From: Acidimicrobiia bacterium
GTDB lineage: Bacteria; Actinomycetota; Acidimicrobiia; Spongiisociales; JAENVV01
Reading direction: 5' to 3'
DNA length: 64,000 nt
Assembly: GCA_041577335.1 (NCBI GenBank)
Contig: JBFGJH010000007.1
Coordinates: 1-64,000, forward strand
A program made the position numbers and the translations under genes. Positions 36,513-46,886 of the stretch are shown one piece after another (the first letter of the stretch is position 1; the number at the start of each line of letters is the position of its first letter). Under the pieces are notes generated by a model. It searched no databases. It was not told where the DNA came from and worked only from the letters and a program-made list of their open reading frames with translations.

Positions 36513-37120
36513 TGCTCCAGCCGGTCGATGAGGCGTTGCTGCACGGCGGTGCTGGTGAGGTCGGCCCGAGATCGCTCGATCAGGGCCCGGGCCACGTCAG
36601 TGGTTCGGCGCAGGCCACCGGTCATCCCGTCGGGATAGTCCAGCGAGGCCAGCAGATCGAGCACTTCGGACATCGACGCCAACGCTTCTTCGGCGGATTC
36701 GAGATCTCCGGCTCTCAGAAGGTCGAGCAAGCGTCGACGCATCTCCCCCACCGCCTCGCCGAGGCCATTCAGAAATGGAGCGGCCTCGACTCCAAGCTCG
36801 CTCGGCAATGGGAGGGTGGATCCGCCCATAAGAGCGGCGGTGAGCCGCGCCTCCGCATATTCCTTGGCAGCGTCGGAAACGAAACCTGCGTGGAGGATGT
36901 CGGGATGGTCGGTGAGGGCCTCTTTGCTTTCAGCAAGCTTGGCACCGGCCTCGTCCATCAAGTCGGCAGCAGCACCGCTGTCCCCGCGGTGAAGCGACCG
37001 GATGGCGTTGGCAGACAGCCTGATGACAACGCGCGAGTTCTTGATGCCGAGCTCGCGGGCCGCGAACTTGTCGTCGAGGTGGGAGCGTACGGCCCGTTCG
37101 ATGTCAGAAAGATCGGCCAT
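36509..37120 (-). CDS. Translin/Trax-family protein
   Basis: All-helical; ARE...SRVVIRLSANAIRSLHRG, KEYAEA, FLNGLGEAVGEMRR, LRRTTDVAR..IE. Confidence 0.8.
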   Translation of the reverse strand: MADLSDIERAVRSHLDDKFAARELGIKNSRVVIRLSANAIRSLHRGDSGAAADLMDEAGAKLAESKEALTDHPDILHAGFVSDAAKEYAEARLTAALMGGSTLPLPSELGVEAAPFLNGLGEAVGEMRRRLLDLLRAGDLESAEEALASMSEVLDLLASLDYPDGMTGGLRRTTDVARALIERSRADLTSTAVQQRLIDRLEQ

Positions 37121-37141
37121 GGGCCGCAGCGTAGCGCTGAG

Positions 37142-37594
37142 CTAGGAAGCGACGACCTTGACAGCGGCGCGGTCGGACTGCACGGGGGCAAGCGGAGCCT
37201 CGTCTGCCACAGGGCGTAATTGCGGAAGTGCTCGGGTCTGCTTGATCTGGAGAAGCATCGCCACATACCAAGCGAGGGCACCATCGATGACCAGGTTGAA
37301 CATCAACGCGGTCAACGATGACCGGACCACGGCAAACCCCAGGGTCGCGACGGCGAGAGAAGCCAAGCCGATCAGAATCCGGCGCCTGCGAACGAGAACA
37401 CCGTTCTTGGTTGTCTCGATCCTCGGCATCGCGGTCTGGACTCGGGTTTGCACCCGTGACAACCGCGCCGCGACGCGGTCATACTCCGCGGTCGACGCCA
37501 ACGGCGCCTCACGTCGTGAATTGAGAATCGGTGGGACCAGGAATGCTGCCCACACGAGTCCGATTGCGATGATGACGACCAGCGCTGATCCCAT
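37142..37594 (-). CDS. SepX/GlpR-like membrane protein
   Basis: N-terminal TM ending WAAFLVP, RRRR before a TM hairpin; sits at the end of the galU-moeA-moaC-mog operon as in other actinobacteria. Confidence 0.55.
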   Translation of the reverse strand: MGSALVVIIAIGLVWAAFLVPPILNSRREAPLASTAEYDRVAARLSRVQTRVQTAMPRIETTKNGVLVRRRRILIGLASLAVATLGFAVVRSSLTALMFNLVIDGALAWYVAMLLQIKQTRALPQLRPVADEAPLAPVQSDRAAVKVVAS

Positions 37595-37686
37595 CAGAAA
37601 AGAAATACTCCGCCTCGAGTGCTCGACAGGATAGACAGAAGGTAGCGCGCCATACAATTACCCTCGGGGAATTGTTGAGGCAGAGA

Positions 37687-38169
37687 TCAGTGGTCGGTCG
37701 GTGCCGATCGGATCAGCGCTACCGCGTGGGGCAAGGCTTCGGCGATCGCGGCGAGAGACTCCGTGACCCCCGACACCGATCCGGGCAGGTTGACGATCAG
37801 CGATTGCCCGGCAATGCCGGCCACGGCCCGCGACAACATGCCATGAGGGTTGACGCCAAATGTCTCCGCTCGCATGGCTTCGGGTAGTCCCGGAGCCGGG
37901 CGTTCGATCACCAAAGCGGTCGCTTCGGGAGTGAGGTCGCGACTCGTGAAGCCAGTGCCGCCGGTGGTTACCACCAACGCATAGTCTGCCTGCACCGCCT
38001 CCTTGAGAACCGTCGCAACCGAGTCGACGCCGTCGGGGACCGTCCGGTTCTCGCACACGAATCCGATCGCCGCCAGCCGCTCGGCAGCGGCAGGGCCCGA
38101 CCGGTCGTCGGCTTCACCCCGGCTCACCCTGTCGGACACGGTGATCACGAGCGCCCGCAACGCGCTCAT
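37687..38169 (-). CDS. mog: MogA/MoaB molybdopterin adenylyltransferase
   Basis: ITVSDR, DRSGP, TTGGTG...[16 protein letters not shown]. Confidence 0.93.
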   Translation of the reverse strand: MSALRALVITVSDRVSRGEADDRSGPAAAERLAAIGFVCENRTVPDGVDSVATVLKEAVQADYALVVTTGGTGFTSRDLTPEATALVIERPAPGLPEAMRAETFGVNPHGMLSRAVAGIAGQSLIVNLPGSVSGVTESLAAIAEALPHAVALIRSAPTDH

Positions 38170-38639
38170 GGCCGTGTCCAGGGACCGCTCTTGCCGCCCC
38201 GTTTCTCGAGCAGCCTGATGGCCGTGATGTCGACGCCCTTCTCCAATCCCTTGACCATGTCGTACACCGTGAGCGCGGCCACGGACACCGCGGTCATCGC
38301 CTCCATCTCGACTCCGGTCTTCCCGACCGTCTCAGTGGTGGCCACGATCCGGGCGCCACCGGAGACACGCGCAACAGAGATCTCGACGGAGGTCAACTCC
38401 AACGGATGACAGAGCGGGATGAGGTCGGGGGTCCGTTTGGCCGCCATGATCCCCGCGATGCGGGCCGTGGCGATGGCGTCGCCTTTGGGGAGGGTGCCGC
38501 CGAAAAAGGCCTCCGCGGTGGGCTCACTCATCATCACCAGCGCTTCGGCGATCGCAATCCGCGCGGTGTCCGCTTTGGCGCCGATGTTCACCATCCGGGC
38601 ATTCCCCTCGTCATCGAGGTGGCTCAGTTCATCAGACAA
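38166..38639 (-). CDS. moaC: cyclic pyranopterin monophosphate synthase
   Basis: [49 protein letters not shown]. Confidence 0.96.
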   Translation of the reverse strand: MSDELSHLDDEGNARMVNIGAKADTARIAIAEALVMMSEPTAEAFFGGTLPKGDAIATARIAGIMAAKRTPDLIPLCHPLELTSVEISVARVSGGARIVATTETVGKTGVEMEAMTAVSVAALTVYDMVKGLEKGVDITAIRLLEKRGGKSGPWTRP

Positions 38640-39870
38640 GGTCAACTCCCGCGTCGGAGGCTGATCGATTCTCAGGCCACGTGAACATCTCCAATGCGAC
38701 GTCACTCCCGGGGGCAACGTCGTCCCGGCCGCGTGGCACGACCGCGAAGGCATCTGCGCCGGCGAGCGCCGAGAGCACGTTCGAGGCCTGACCACCCGAC
38801 AACTCGGCCACCGGGCGGTCTCGTGACCAGTCGACTGCAGCCCGCAGGAACACTGTCTTGGCCGGATCGGTGCTGGCACCACCGGACATCACGCCGGTCA
38901 CCCGCGGCCGGAAGAGGTGAAGGGCTCCCATCATGTGCAACAACGCCGGGCGCGCGAACTGCTCGAACGCAACCATCACTGACACAGGATTGCCGGGCAG
39001 GCCAAAGAGCGGGACTCCGTTGATGAGGCCAAACGCAAAAGGTTTGGCGGGCTGCATGGCCACGCGCCACAGGCCGATGTCGCCGAGTTCGCTCAGCACC
39101 TGTTTCACGAGATCGTATTCGCCCATCGAAACCCCGCCGCTGGTGAGCACGGCATCGGCTTCCGAAGCACCTCGCTGGAGCGCAGCGCGCAGCGCGTCGG
39201 CGTCGTCGCCGACAATGCCGAGGTCCAGGACGTCGGCGCCGAATTCCGACAGCAGGGCGGCCAGCAAAGGCCGGTTCGTGTCGCGGATCTGGCCGGGTGC
39301 CAACGAATCGTGCGACGGTTCCAACACCTCATCGCCCGTCGACAGGATGGCGACCGTGGGGCGCCTCGCAACCAGTGGTGACACACCAAGCGAGGCGAGA
39401 ACGGCACAATGCCGTGCGGTGATTCGTGCTCGCGCCGCGAACACCAGCTCGCCCGCGCGGACATCACCACCGGCCGCCCTGACCGCAGTCCCCCGCGGCG
39501 CCGAGGCGTTGATCACCACTGAAGCAGCCCCGGGCTCGGTGTCCTCGACCTTGATAACGGTGTCGGCACCCGCCGGCAGCGGGGCTCCGGTCATGATCTT
39601 GATGGCCTCGCCGGACGAGACTCCGACTGAGGCAACGTGGCCGGCAGCCACGTCCTCGATCACCGGCAGCGTCACAGGCACATGGGCGACATCCTCGGCT
39701 TTGACCGCATAGCCATCCATGGCCGAGTTGGTGAATGGCGGGACATCGTGCGGAGCCGTAACAGCCTCGGCCAGGACCAGGCCCACGGCGTCGAACACCG
39801 ACACCCGCTCGGTCGGTAAGGGGGGCACCGTGGCCAGCACCTCGGCCTGAGCCAGTTCGAGCGGCCGCAT
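38632..39870 (-). CDS. moeA: molybdopterin molybdotransferase
   Basis: [48 protein letters not shown]. Confidence 0.95.
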   Translation of the reverse strand: MRPLELAQAEVLATVPPLPTERVSVFDAVGLVLAEAVTAPHDVPPFTNSAMDGYAVKAEDVAHVPVTLPVIEDVAAGHVASVGVSSGEAIKIMTGAPLPAGADTVIKVEDTEPGAASVVINASAPRGTAVRAAGGDVRAGELVFAARARITARHCAVLASLGVSPLVARRPTVAILSTGDEVLEPSHDSLAPGQIRDTNRPLLAALLSEFGADVLDLGIVGDDADALRAALQRGASEADAVLTSGGVSMGEYDLVKQVLSELGDIGLWRVAMQPAKPFAFGLINGVPLFGLPGNPVSVMVAFEQFARPALLHMMGALHLFRPRVTGVMSGGASTDPAKTVFLRAAVDWSRDRPVAELSGGQASNVLSALAGADAFAVVPRGRDDVAPGSDVALEMFTWPENRSASDAGVDLV

Positions 39871-40688
39871 CAGTGGTGGCGGTCCAGCCCGGCCAGGAAG
39901 GCCGAGTAGGCCTCGCCGAGCTCGGGATGGCCCCGACCGAGCAGCGTCGTCGCTTCCAAGAGCCCACCTGGGGTGCCGACATCGAGGAGATCGGTCTCGG
40001 CAATTGCTCCGATGCAACGGCCTTTGCGACCTAAGGCATCGATGGCATCAGTCAGCTGAATCTCGCCGCCGACGCCGGGCTCGGCGTCGTTCAACTCGTC
40101 AAAAACCTCCGACGTGAACAGGTAACGACCGATGAGGCCAAGCGCAGAGGGAGCGGCAGCCTTGCCCGGTTTCTCGACCGCACCCAACACGTTGAGCGCC
40201 TGGCCGTCGATCCACTCACCCGGCACGACCACACCGTATTTCTCGAGAAATTCGTCGGTGAGCGTCCGCAGCGCCACCACCGAGCGCCCATCGGAGCTCG
40301 CTGCCAGGGTGGAGAGAATCTGGCTGTTCGGCAGAACGATGTTGTCTGCCAAGAGGCAGAAGAACGGCCGACCGGCCACGGCTTCGCGAGCCGTCCACAC
40401 GGCATGACCGAGTCCGAGTGCCTCCTCCTGTACGACCACTCGCACTCTCACCGACTCCAGTCCGGGAAGCGCACCTTCCTCGTGAAAATGCCGATCGATA
40501 TCGGCTGCTGTCTCGAGATCGGCCACGATGACAGCTTCGGTCGCCCCGGCCCGGGCGGCCTCTTCAACTGCATACTGCACAGCGGGGCGGTCGACGACGG
40601 CCAACAGCGCCTTGGGCACGACCCGCGAAGCCGGGCGCATGCGTGTTCCCCGTCCTGCCGCCGGAATCACCGCCAGCTCAGGTTTCAT
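39870..40688 (-). CDS. galU: UTP-glucose-1-phosphate uridylyltransferase
   Basis: AVIPAAGRGTRM.P..PK, QEEALGLGHAV, VEKP, GRY, GGEIQLTDA. Confidence 0.92.
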   Translation of the reverse strand: MKPELAVIPAAGRGTRMRPASRVVPKALLAVVDRPAVQYAVEEAARAGATEAVIVADLETAADIDRHFHEEGALPGLESVRVRVVVQEEALGLGHAVWTAREAVAGRPFFCLLADNIVLPNSQILSTLAASSDGRSVVALRTLTDEFLEKYGVVVPGEWIDGQALNVLGAVEKPGKAAAPSALGLIGRYLFTSEVFDELNDAEPGVGGEIQLTDAIDALGRKGRCIGAIAETDLLDVGTPGGLLEATTLLGRGHPELGEAYSAFLAGLDRHH

Positions 40689-41296
40689 GATGGCACCACT
40701 TTTCGTTCGCCCCCTTTCAACATGCGTTGGATATTTCCCTTATGTCGATATACGACCAAAGTCATCATCGTTGCCACCCACACCAAGGGCCACCCGGTTA
40801 CCCCGCTCCACCACAGGGCGGGCAACACCAAAACCACCACCAGGAGCGAACCGATCGAAGCGATGCGGGTGATGCCAACTACGACGCCCCACAATGCGCC
40901 GAGCCCCAATCCGACGATCGGATTGAGCCATACGATCACCCCCGCAGAGGTCGCAACACCCTTGCCGCCCTTGAAGCGATGCCAGGCCGGATAGCAGTGA
41001 CCGGCGACGGCGCCCAGTCCCGCCAGCGCGGCGGCCGCCTCCGGGCTGGCGTATCCCTCACCCGATGCGCTGATAACAGCACCCATGGCGGCTGCAATGA
41101 GGCCTTTGACGAGGTCGCCGATGAGGACCATCGCCGCGGCTCCTTTGCCCATCGTCCGGAGGACGTTGGAGGTACCCGGATTGCCCGAGCCCACCTCGTA
41201 GATATCGACTCCACGCATCTTCCCGACGATGACCGCAAAGTCAACCCCGCCCAGGAGGTATCCGACTATCAAGCCGGCCAAGAGACGCACAAGCAT
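40685..41296 (-). CDS. plsY: glycerol-3-phosphate acyltransferase
   Basis: GYLLG, GSGNPGTSNVLR, DLVKG, GHCYP..FKGGKGVAT, HKGNIQR. Confidence 0.95.
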   Translation of the reverse strand: MLVRLLAGLIVGYLLGGVDFAVIVGKMRGVDIYEVGSGNPGTSNVLRTMGKGAAAMVLIGDLVKGLIAAAMGAVISASGEGYASPEAAAALAGLGAVAGHCYPAWHRFKGGKGVATSAGVIVWLNPIVGLGLGALWGVVVGITRIASIGSLLVVVLVLPALWWSGVTGWPLVWVATMMTLVVYRHKGNIQRMLKGGERKVVPS

Positions 41297-41463
41297 CCTG
41301 GGATTGTAGGGGCGGCAGGCCGGCCGGTTCGGCACGTTGCATGGCCCCGCCATCGATCGGTGGCACAACGACGCGACGCCGACCGGAACCGCGCCACCCG
41401 GGCCGATATGCCTGTCGAGCCTGGCTTGATATGATCTGCCGGCACATCAGGGAGTTCCCAACC

Positions 41464-41742
41464 ATGCCTACCTACGAATATCGCTGCGCCGAATGCGGAG
41501 AGAATTTCGACGTATTCCAGAAGTTCTCGGCCAAGCCTCTCCGCAAACATGAGGGATGTGGCGGTGAGCTCTCCAAGGTGATCCACCCCGCCGGCATTGT
41601 TTTCAAAGGCTCTGGCTTCTACACGACCGATTCGCGTAATGCCAAGTCGCCAACCACCACCTCCGGATCAGCGAAATCCGATTCGGACTCGTCCGAGGCC
41701 GACTCGAAGTCATCGAAGTCCGACTCGTCGGCGGATGGCTGA
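41464..41742 (+). CDS. FmdB-family zinc-ribbon protein
   Basis: MPTYEYRCAECG, HEGCGG, IVFKGSGFYTTD, Ser-rich tail. Confidence 0.92.
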   Translation: MPTYEYRCAECGENFDVFQKFSAKPLRKHEGCGGELSKVIHPAGIVFKGSGFYTTDSRNAKSPTTTSGSAKSDSDSSEADSKSSKSDSSADG

Positions 41743-42343
41743 CCCCGCATCGCCTCGGACCACGGTCAAGCGCCTGCCTGACCGCGCCGCGTACGACCGC
41801 GCAACCGTCGATGCAATCCTCGACGAGGCGCTGATCTGCCACGTCGGCTTCGACGACGGACAGGGGCCGATCGTGATCCCCACCATCCACGCTCGAGTGG
41901 GCGACACGCTCTACCTGCACGGGTCGGCTGCGTCGCGGATGCTGCGCACGGTCGGCAGGGAAGTCCCGTTGTGCGTGACGGTGACCCTCATCGACGGGAT
42001 CGTTCTGGCGAAAGCCCACTTTCATTCATCCATGAACTATCGGTCGGCAGTGATCGTGGGCCAGGGTCATGTCGTCGACGACCCCACCGAGAAGGACATC
42101 GCCTTCGCGGCGATCGCCGAGAAGATGATGCCGGGTCGCTGGGATGGCGCCCGCCGGCCAAACGACAAAGAGCGCCGAGCCACCCTCGTCGTTGCGATCC
42201 CCATCGTCGAAGCATCGGCCAAGATCAGATCCGGTGGCCCCAATGACGATCCCGAAGACCTCATGCTGGACTTCTGGGCGGGAGTCATCCCCATCGCAAC
42301 GCATCGCGGCACCCCGGAGGAGTACATCGCAGACCCCTTGTGA
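41735..42343 (+). CDS. pyridoxamine 5'-phosphate oxidase-like (NimA-type) flavin-binding protein
   Basis: RAAYD...ILD, CHVGF, IPT, LYLHGS, HSSMNYRSAV, SAKIRSG.P, WAGVIP. Confidence 0.9.
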   Translation: MADPASPRTTVKRLPDRAAYDRATVDAILDEALICHVGFDDGQGPIVIPTIHARVGDTLYLHGSAASRMLRTVGREVPLCVTVTLIDGIVLAKAHFHSSMNYRSAVIVGQGHVVDDPTEKDIAFAAIAEKMMPGRWDGARRPNDKERRATLVVAIPIVEASAKIRSGGPNDDPEDLMLDFWAGVIPIATHRGTPEEYIADPL

Positions 42344-42915
42344 GGGTTGGCGGCACACGGTACGTTCGGACCGTGTTCTGGTTCTCGCGACCTCCCTACG
42401 GCAGATACGCCGCAGCGGTAGTGCTTCTCACGATCGGCGTCTACGCAGAATTCCGGCCGAGCGAGACCCGCGCTCATCCTTTTGCCGTTGATGACATCGT
42501 GGCCGGTGCACCACTCGAATCGTCCCTTTTCGAAGAACGACCCGTTCTCAAAGGCAGTCTGGCGGCCGTGGCGGTCGCGGGTCGCGCCGCCCACAACATC
42601 GAGGCAGGCGAACCGTTGCTCGCATCCGCCGTGGACACGCAGCAGGCTGCCATCCCCGATGGTTGGTGGGCGCTCGAGGTGCCCTTGCCCGCCTCGGCCT
42701 CGGCCGGGATGGCCGTGCGCCTCGTCGTCCATGCGACCGATTCGGTGGGCTCCGCCACTGTCGTCGAAGGCATCGTGATCGAGCCGACGACTGGAACGAC
42801 GGACCCGCTCGGTTTCGAGTCGCCGAACGGATTGGTGGCCGTCCCCGAACCCGACGCAGCCGCCGCGGCTGTGGCAGTTGCTGATCGGCGGGTCACGGTG
42901 TTGTTGACGCCCTGA
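42340..42915 (+). CDS. SAF-domain membrane protein
   Basis: N-terminal TM, AVDDIVAGAPL, GRAAHNIEAGEPL; adjacent to FmdB as in actinobacterial synteny. Confidence 0.6.
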   Translation: MRVGGTRYVRTVFWFSRPPYGRYAAAVVLLTIGVYAEFRPSETRAHPFAVDDIVAGAPLESSLFEERPVLKGSLAAVAVAGRAAHNIEAGEPLLASAVDTQQAAIPDGWWALEVPLPASASAGMAVRLVVHATDSVGSATVVEGIVIEPTTGTTDPLGFESPNGLVAVPEPDAAAAAVAVADRRVTVLLTP

Positions 42916-42951
42916 GTCGCAGCGCTCCCAGGGACCGTTACCCTTCCCGCC

Positions 42952-43710
42952 GTGCTCAATCAGATCATTTGGGGAATCGTGCAGGGCCTCACCGAGTTCT
43001 TGCCAATCTCGTCGAGCGGCCATCTCGTCCTGGTACCCGCTCTGCTCGGGATCGATGGCCCCGACCTGGCTACCTCGGCCCTCCTGCACGTCGGCACATT
43101 GGCCGCCGTGGTTCTCTACTACCGCCGTGACCTGGCGAGACTGCTCCGTTTACGAACCGATCACACCGCCCGGCGCACGCTCTATTTGCTGATCGTTGCC
43201 ACGCTGCCCGCGCTGCTCGGCGCGGTACTCGGCGGGACCATCGAGTCTTTGCAGGAATCAACAACGGCAGTGTCGATCGCGTTGATCGTTACCGGCATCG
43301 TCTTGTATGCATCAGGCTGGATCGCCGAACGTGACGGCACGTTGGGCTCTGCGTCACCCTTTGACGCTCTGATGGTTGGCCTCGCCCAGGTAGTCGCGTT
43401 CATTCCTGGCATCTCACGCTCGGGAGTGACGATCACTGCCGGGCTGGCACGTGGGCTGAACAGGATCGAGGCGGCGAGGCTTTCGTTTCTCATGGCGATT
43501 CCCGCCATCGCCGGTGCGGCGTTGGTCGAGGGAAGAGAACTGGCGGGAACGGGCGAGATCAGTGCGGCAACTTGGGTGGGCGTCGTTGTGGCAGGCGTCA
43601 CCGGCTATGTCGCGATTGCCTTCCTTCTCAGGGTCATCACGCGAGCGGGGCTCCGCCCTTTCGCCATATATGCCGTGGGAGCCGGTATCGTCGGACTACT
43701 GCTTCTGTGA
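42952..43710 (+). CDS. uppP: undecaprenyl-diphosphate phosphatase
   Basis: GIVQGLTEFLPISSSGHL, PGISRSG.T, SFLMAIP. Confidence 0.96.
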   Translation: MLNQIIWGIVQGLTEFLPISSSGHLVLVPALLGIDGPDLATSALLHVGTLAAVVLYYRRDLARLLRLRTDHTARRTLYLLIVATLPALLGAVLGGTIESLQESTTAVSIALIVTGIVLYASGWIAERDGTLGSASPFDALMVGLAQVVAFIPGISRSGVTITAGLARGLNRIEAARLSFLMAIPAIAGAALVEGRELAGTGEISAATWVGVVVAGVTGYVAIAFLLRVITRAGLRPFAIYAVGAGIVGLLLL

Positions 43711-43794
43711 CCTCACGGGAATAACTCAGAAGGTTGCCAGATTCCTCTAAGGGAATCCGCCGATACTGCCCATTCCGTATAGCGAGTACACACC

Positions 43795-45195
43795 ATGGAC
43801 GAACCGACAACACCCCAAGACCCTCCGCCCCGACACCCGGACCGCTACGGCGACCCGTTCGACGAGCAGTTCGATTTCGGAGCTACCGAACCAGCCCCGG
43901 TCCCGCCGTCCACGGAACCCGATTGGCTTTCTGCGAAGCCAAGCCCCCAGGCCGGCTACCAACAAGACCTGGAATCCCTCGGGGACCTCGCTCCACCCGA
44001 CAGTCCGACTCCCCCATTGCCTTGGGAACAGCCTGCACCGTACGACATCCCCCTCATCGCGGGCGGTTACGAGCGCCCCACGGCGCAGCCGGGTCCCTCT
44101 CCCGAGCCTCCCCGCCGGCGTCACTACGTTCGGTGGATTGCCGCAGCGCTGGTCATCGCGATGGTTTTGACCGCAGTGTTCAGCCTTGGCCGGTTGACCT
44201 CCCCAGAGCCCGAAGCCGATTTCGAGGCAGTCGACGTCACGACGGAAGCTCCCGATGACGTCGCCGCCCAGACGATCGAGACGGCCGATACGCCAACGGC
44301 GACCCTCGATAACCCTTCTTCGCTCGAGCCGGTTGCCGATATCGCCGCCGCCGTCAGCCCAGCCGTCGTGCAGCTCGACACGAATGCCGGGCTCGGCTCC
44401 GGAGTTCTCTACTCGTCCGATGGCTACATCCTCACCGCTGCCCATGTCGTATTGGGCGCACGGACGGTGACGGTGCGCCTGGCGACAGGAGAAGCTGTCG
44501 ACGGCGAGGTGGTGGGGTCCCACGACCTCACGGACATTGCCGTCGTCAAGATCCCGGGGAGTGGCTATCCCGTAGCCGAATTGGCAATCGGCGAAGAGAT
44601 CAGAGTTGGCTCGCTGGCGGTGGCGCTCGGCAGCCCCTTTGGCCTGGATCAAACGGTTACGGCAGGCATCGTGTCAGCGGTCGATCGATCGATTAGTGGC
44701 GTCTCGATGGTACAAACCGACGCAGCGATCAACCCTGGCAATTCGGGTGGCCCGCTTGTCGACGCCCGCGGCCGTGTGATCGGTATCAACGACCAGATCT
44801 TCACTCAGAGCGGCGACAATGCCGGCATCGGCTTCGCCGTATCCATCGACCTGGCCAAGATCGTGGCCGACCAATTGGTTTTCGGAGATGACGTGCGCCT
44901 TTCGTTCCTGGGGGTATCGAGCCAGCCGTCGTCCTCCGACCAGCCGGGCGCAGTCGTGCAAGAGGTCGTCGAAGGATCGGCGGCCGAGACAGCCGGGATC
45001 GAAGTTGGAGACATCATCGTCGCCGTCGACGGAACGCAGGTGACCGACCCCAACCGGCTGCGAATCCTCATCATTTCGACGGCTCCCGGGAGTTCGGTCG
45101 ACATCGAGCTCATCCGCGATGGGTCGCGTCTCACGATCGCCACCCCGCTTGGTCAGACTCCGCCCCCGACGACCCCGACGACGGAAGCGCCCTGA
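43795..45195 (+). CDS. HtrA/DegP-family membrane serine protease with PDZ domain
   Basis: Pro-rich N-terminus, TM, TAAHV, DIAV, QTDAAINPGNSGG, one PDZ domain. Confidence 0.95.
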   Translation: MDEPTTPQDPPPRHPDRYGDPFDEQFDFGATEPAPVPPSTEPDWLSAKPSPQAGYQQDLESLGDLAPPDSPTPPLPWEQPAPYDIPLIAGGYERPTAQPGPSPEPPRRRHYVRWIAAALVIAMVLTAVFSLGRLTSPEPEADFEAVDVTTEAPDDVAAQTIETADTPTATLDNPSSLEPVADIAAAVSPAVVQLDTNAGLGSGVLYSSDGYILTAAHVVLGARTVTVRLATGEAVDGEVVGSHDLTDIAVVKIPGSGYPVAELAIGEEIRVGSLAVALGSPFGLDQTVTAGIVSAVDRSISGVSMVQTDAAINPGNSGGPLVDARGRVIGINDQIFTQSGDNAGIGFAVSIDLAKIVADQLVFGDDVRLSFLGVSSQPSSSDQPGAVVQEVVEGSAAETAGIEVGDIIVAVDGTQVTDPNRLRILIISTAPGSSVDIELIRDGSRLTIATPLGQTPPPTTPTTEAP

Positions 45196-45208
45196 CCAAT
45201 CCTGGGCT

Positions 45209-46831
45209 CTACTGCGAGTAGTTGGAGCTCATCCGCACGGTCTGGGCGAGGTGCACATTGATCAGCGCAGGAAGACCCGAAGAGCGCCCCCGCTCCAGAG
45301 CCGGGCCGATCTCGGCGGGGTCAGTCACGAACTCGCCGTACCCGCCCAAGCCGGCGACCATCAGGTCGTAGCGCTGGACTCCCAAATCGGCCGCTACCAC
45401 CCGGTCGGGATAGAACGCCTGGTGAAAGGTCTTGATGTTTGACCATTGCCCGTCGTTGCCGACCACCCCGATGATGGGCAGCCCGAGGCGCACCATGGTG
45501 TCGTACTCCATGCCGTTGAACCCGAAACCACCGTCGCCGTAGACGGTTCCGACCAGCTTGTCGGGAAATGCAACCTGGGCGGCAATCGCGTACGGGGCTC
45601 CCGTTCCGAGCGTCCCAAACGGGCCGGGGTCGAGCAGATGGCCGGCCTGGGAGACCTGGAGCCACCGGGCAGTGGTGGACACGATGTCGCCGCCGTCGAC
45701 CGAAACGATGGCATCCGATCCAAAGAACTCCGACACTTCCCGGGCGAAACGCTGAGGCATCACCGGTGAACCGGAATCGCCTGATTCCGCTTCACTGGCA
45801 GACCGCGCAGCAGCCTCCTGAACCATGATCTCGGCGGCAAAAGCCCCGTCTCCCGAGAAATCGCCTGCTCTTTCGGCAAGCTGGGTGACGACAACCGCCG
45901 GATCCGCGACCACAGCCAGGTGGGCCGGGCGGTTCCATCCGACACGGGTGGGCTCCGCATCAACCTGGATGACCGTTGCGTCCGGGTTGATCTTACGTCC
46001 GTAGCCCGTCCGGAAGTCCCAGTCGACGCCAAGCGCCACGATGAGGTCGGCGGTCGCAAAGGCGGCCGAGCGTGCGTGGGCACCGAGGAGTGGATGGCCG
46101 TACGGCACAGAACCGCGCGCCCGGCTGTTCAAATAGACGGGAGCTTGCAGCGCTTCAACAACTGCCGTGAGCTTCTCGCCGGAGTCATGAAACCCTCCGC
46201 CGGCAAACACCACCGGACGTTGGGCGCGGGCCAGGTGGCCGACGATCTCATCCACCACCTCCGGCATGGCACCCTGAGCCGCCGTATCCCGATAATGAGT
46301 CGGCCATACGATCGCCGACTCTTCCACCATGTCGAACTGAACGTCCATGGGAACATCCAGGAACACCGGACCTCCCCTGCCCGAAAACGCGTGCCGAGCC
46401 GCGGTTGCCACGTACTCGGCCAGCCGACCGGTCTCCCAAGCGGTCGCCCGCCACTTGGTGACAGCCTCGAACAACCGGGGGTGATCCATCTCCTGGAGCC
46501 CACCCATCAATTCCTGACGAATGAAGTGCCGCCCCCCGAGCAGCAGCATCGGCGTATGCGACCAAAACGCTGTCGCCACACCGGTCATCGCATTGGTGAC
46601 GCCGGGGCCGGCCGTCACCGCGGCCACGCCGAGGCGGCCGGTGAGCCGGGTGTAGGCCTCGGCAGCGAAAGCTGCCGTCTGCTCGTGGCGGACATCCACG
46701 ATCCGAATGCCCTCTTGAACACAGCCGTCGAGAATCCCGACGATGTGTCCCCCGGTGAGAGTGAAGAGGGTATCGACACCTTCGGCTCTGAGAGCCCGGG
46801 CGATCACCTGCCCACCGTGGATCTTCGCCAA
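45209..46831 (-). CDS. thiamine-pyrophosphate enzyme (acetolactate synthase-like / 2-hydroxyacyl-CoA lyase family)
   Basis: [34 protein letters not shown]...GND; TTG start with GGAGGAG RBS. Confidence 0.88.
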   Translation of the reverse strand: MAKIHGGQVIARALRAEGVDTLFTLTGGHIVGILDGCVQEGIRIVDVRHEQTAAFAAEAYTRLTGRLGVAAVTAGPGVTNAMTGVATAFWSHTPMLLLGGRHFIRQELMGGLQEMDHPRLFEAVTKWRATAWETGRLAEYVATAARHAFSGRGGPVFLDVPMDVQFDMVEESAIVWPTHYRDTAAQGAMPEVVDEIVGHLARAQRPVVFAGGGFHDSGEKLTAVVEALQAPVYLNSRARGSVPYGHPLLGAHARSAAFATADLIVALGVDWDFRTGYGRKINPDATVIQVDAEPTRVGWNRPAHLAVVADPAVVVTQLAERAGDFSGDGAFAAEIMVQEAAARSASEAESGDSGSPVMPQRFAREVSEFFGSDAIVSVDGGDIVSTTARWLQVSQAGHLLDPGPFGTLGTGAPYAIAAQVAFPDKLVGTVYGDGGFGFNGMEYDTMVRLGLPIIGVVGNDGQWSNIKTFHQAFYPDRVVAADLGVQRYDLMVAGLGGYGEFVTDPAEIGPALERGRSSGLPALINVHLAQTVRMSSNYSQ

Positions 46832-46886
46832 ATCTCCTCCTCGTCGCACCGCAGGGTAGCTCCGCGGGTGAGCCGGCTACGCGAGA

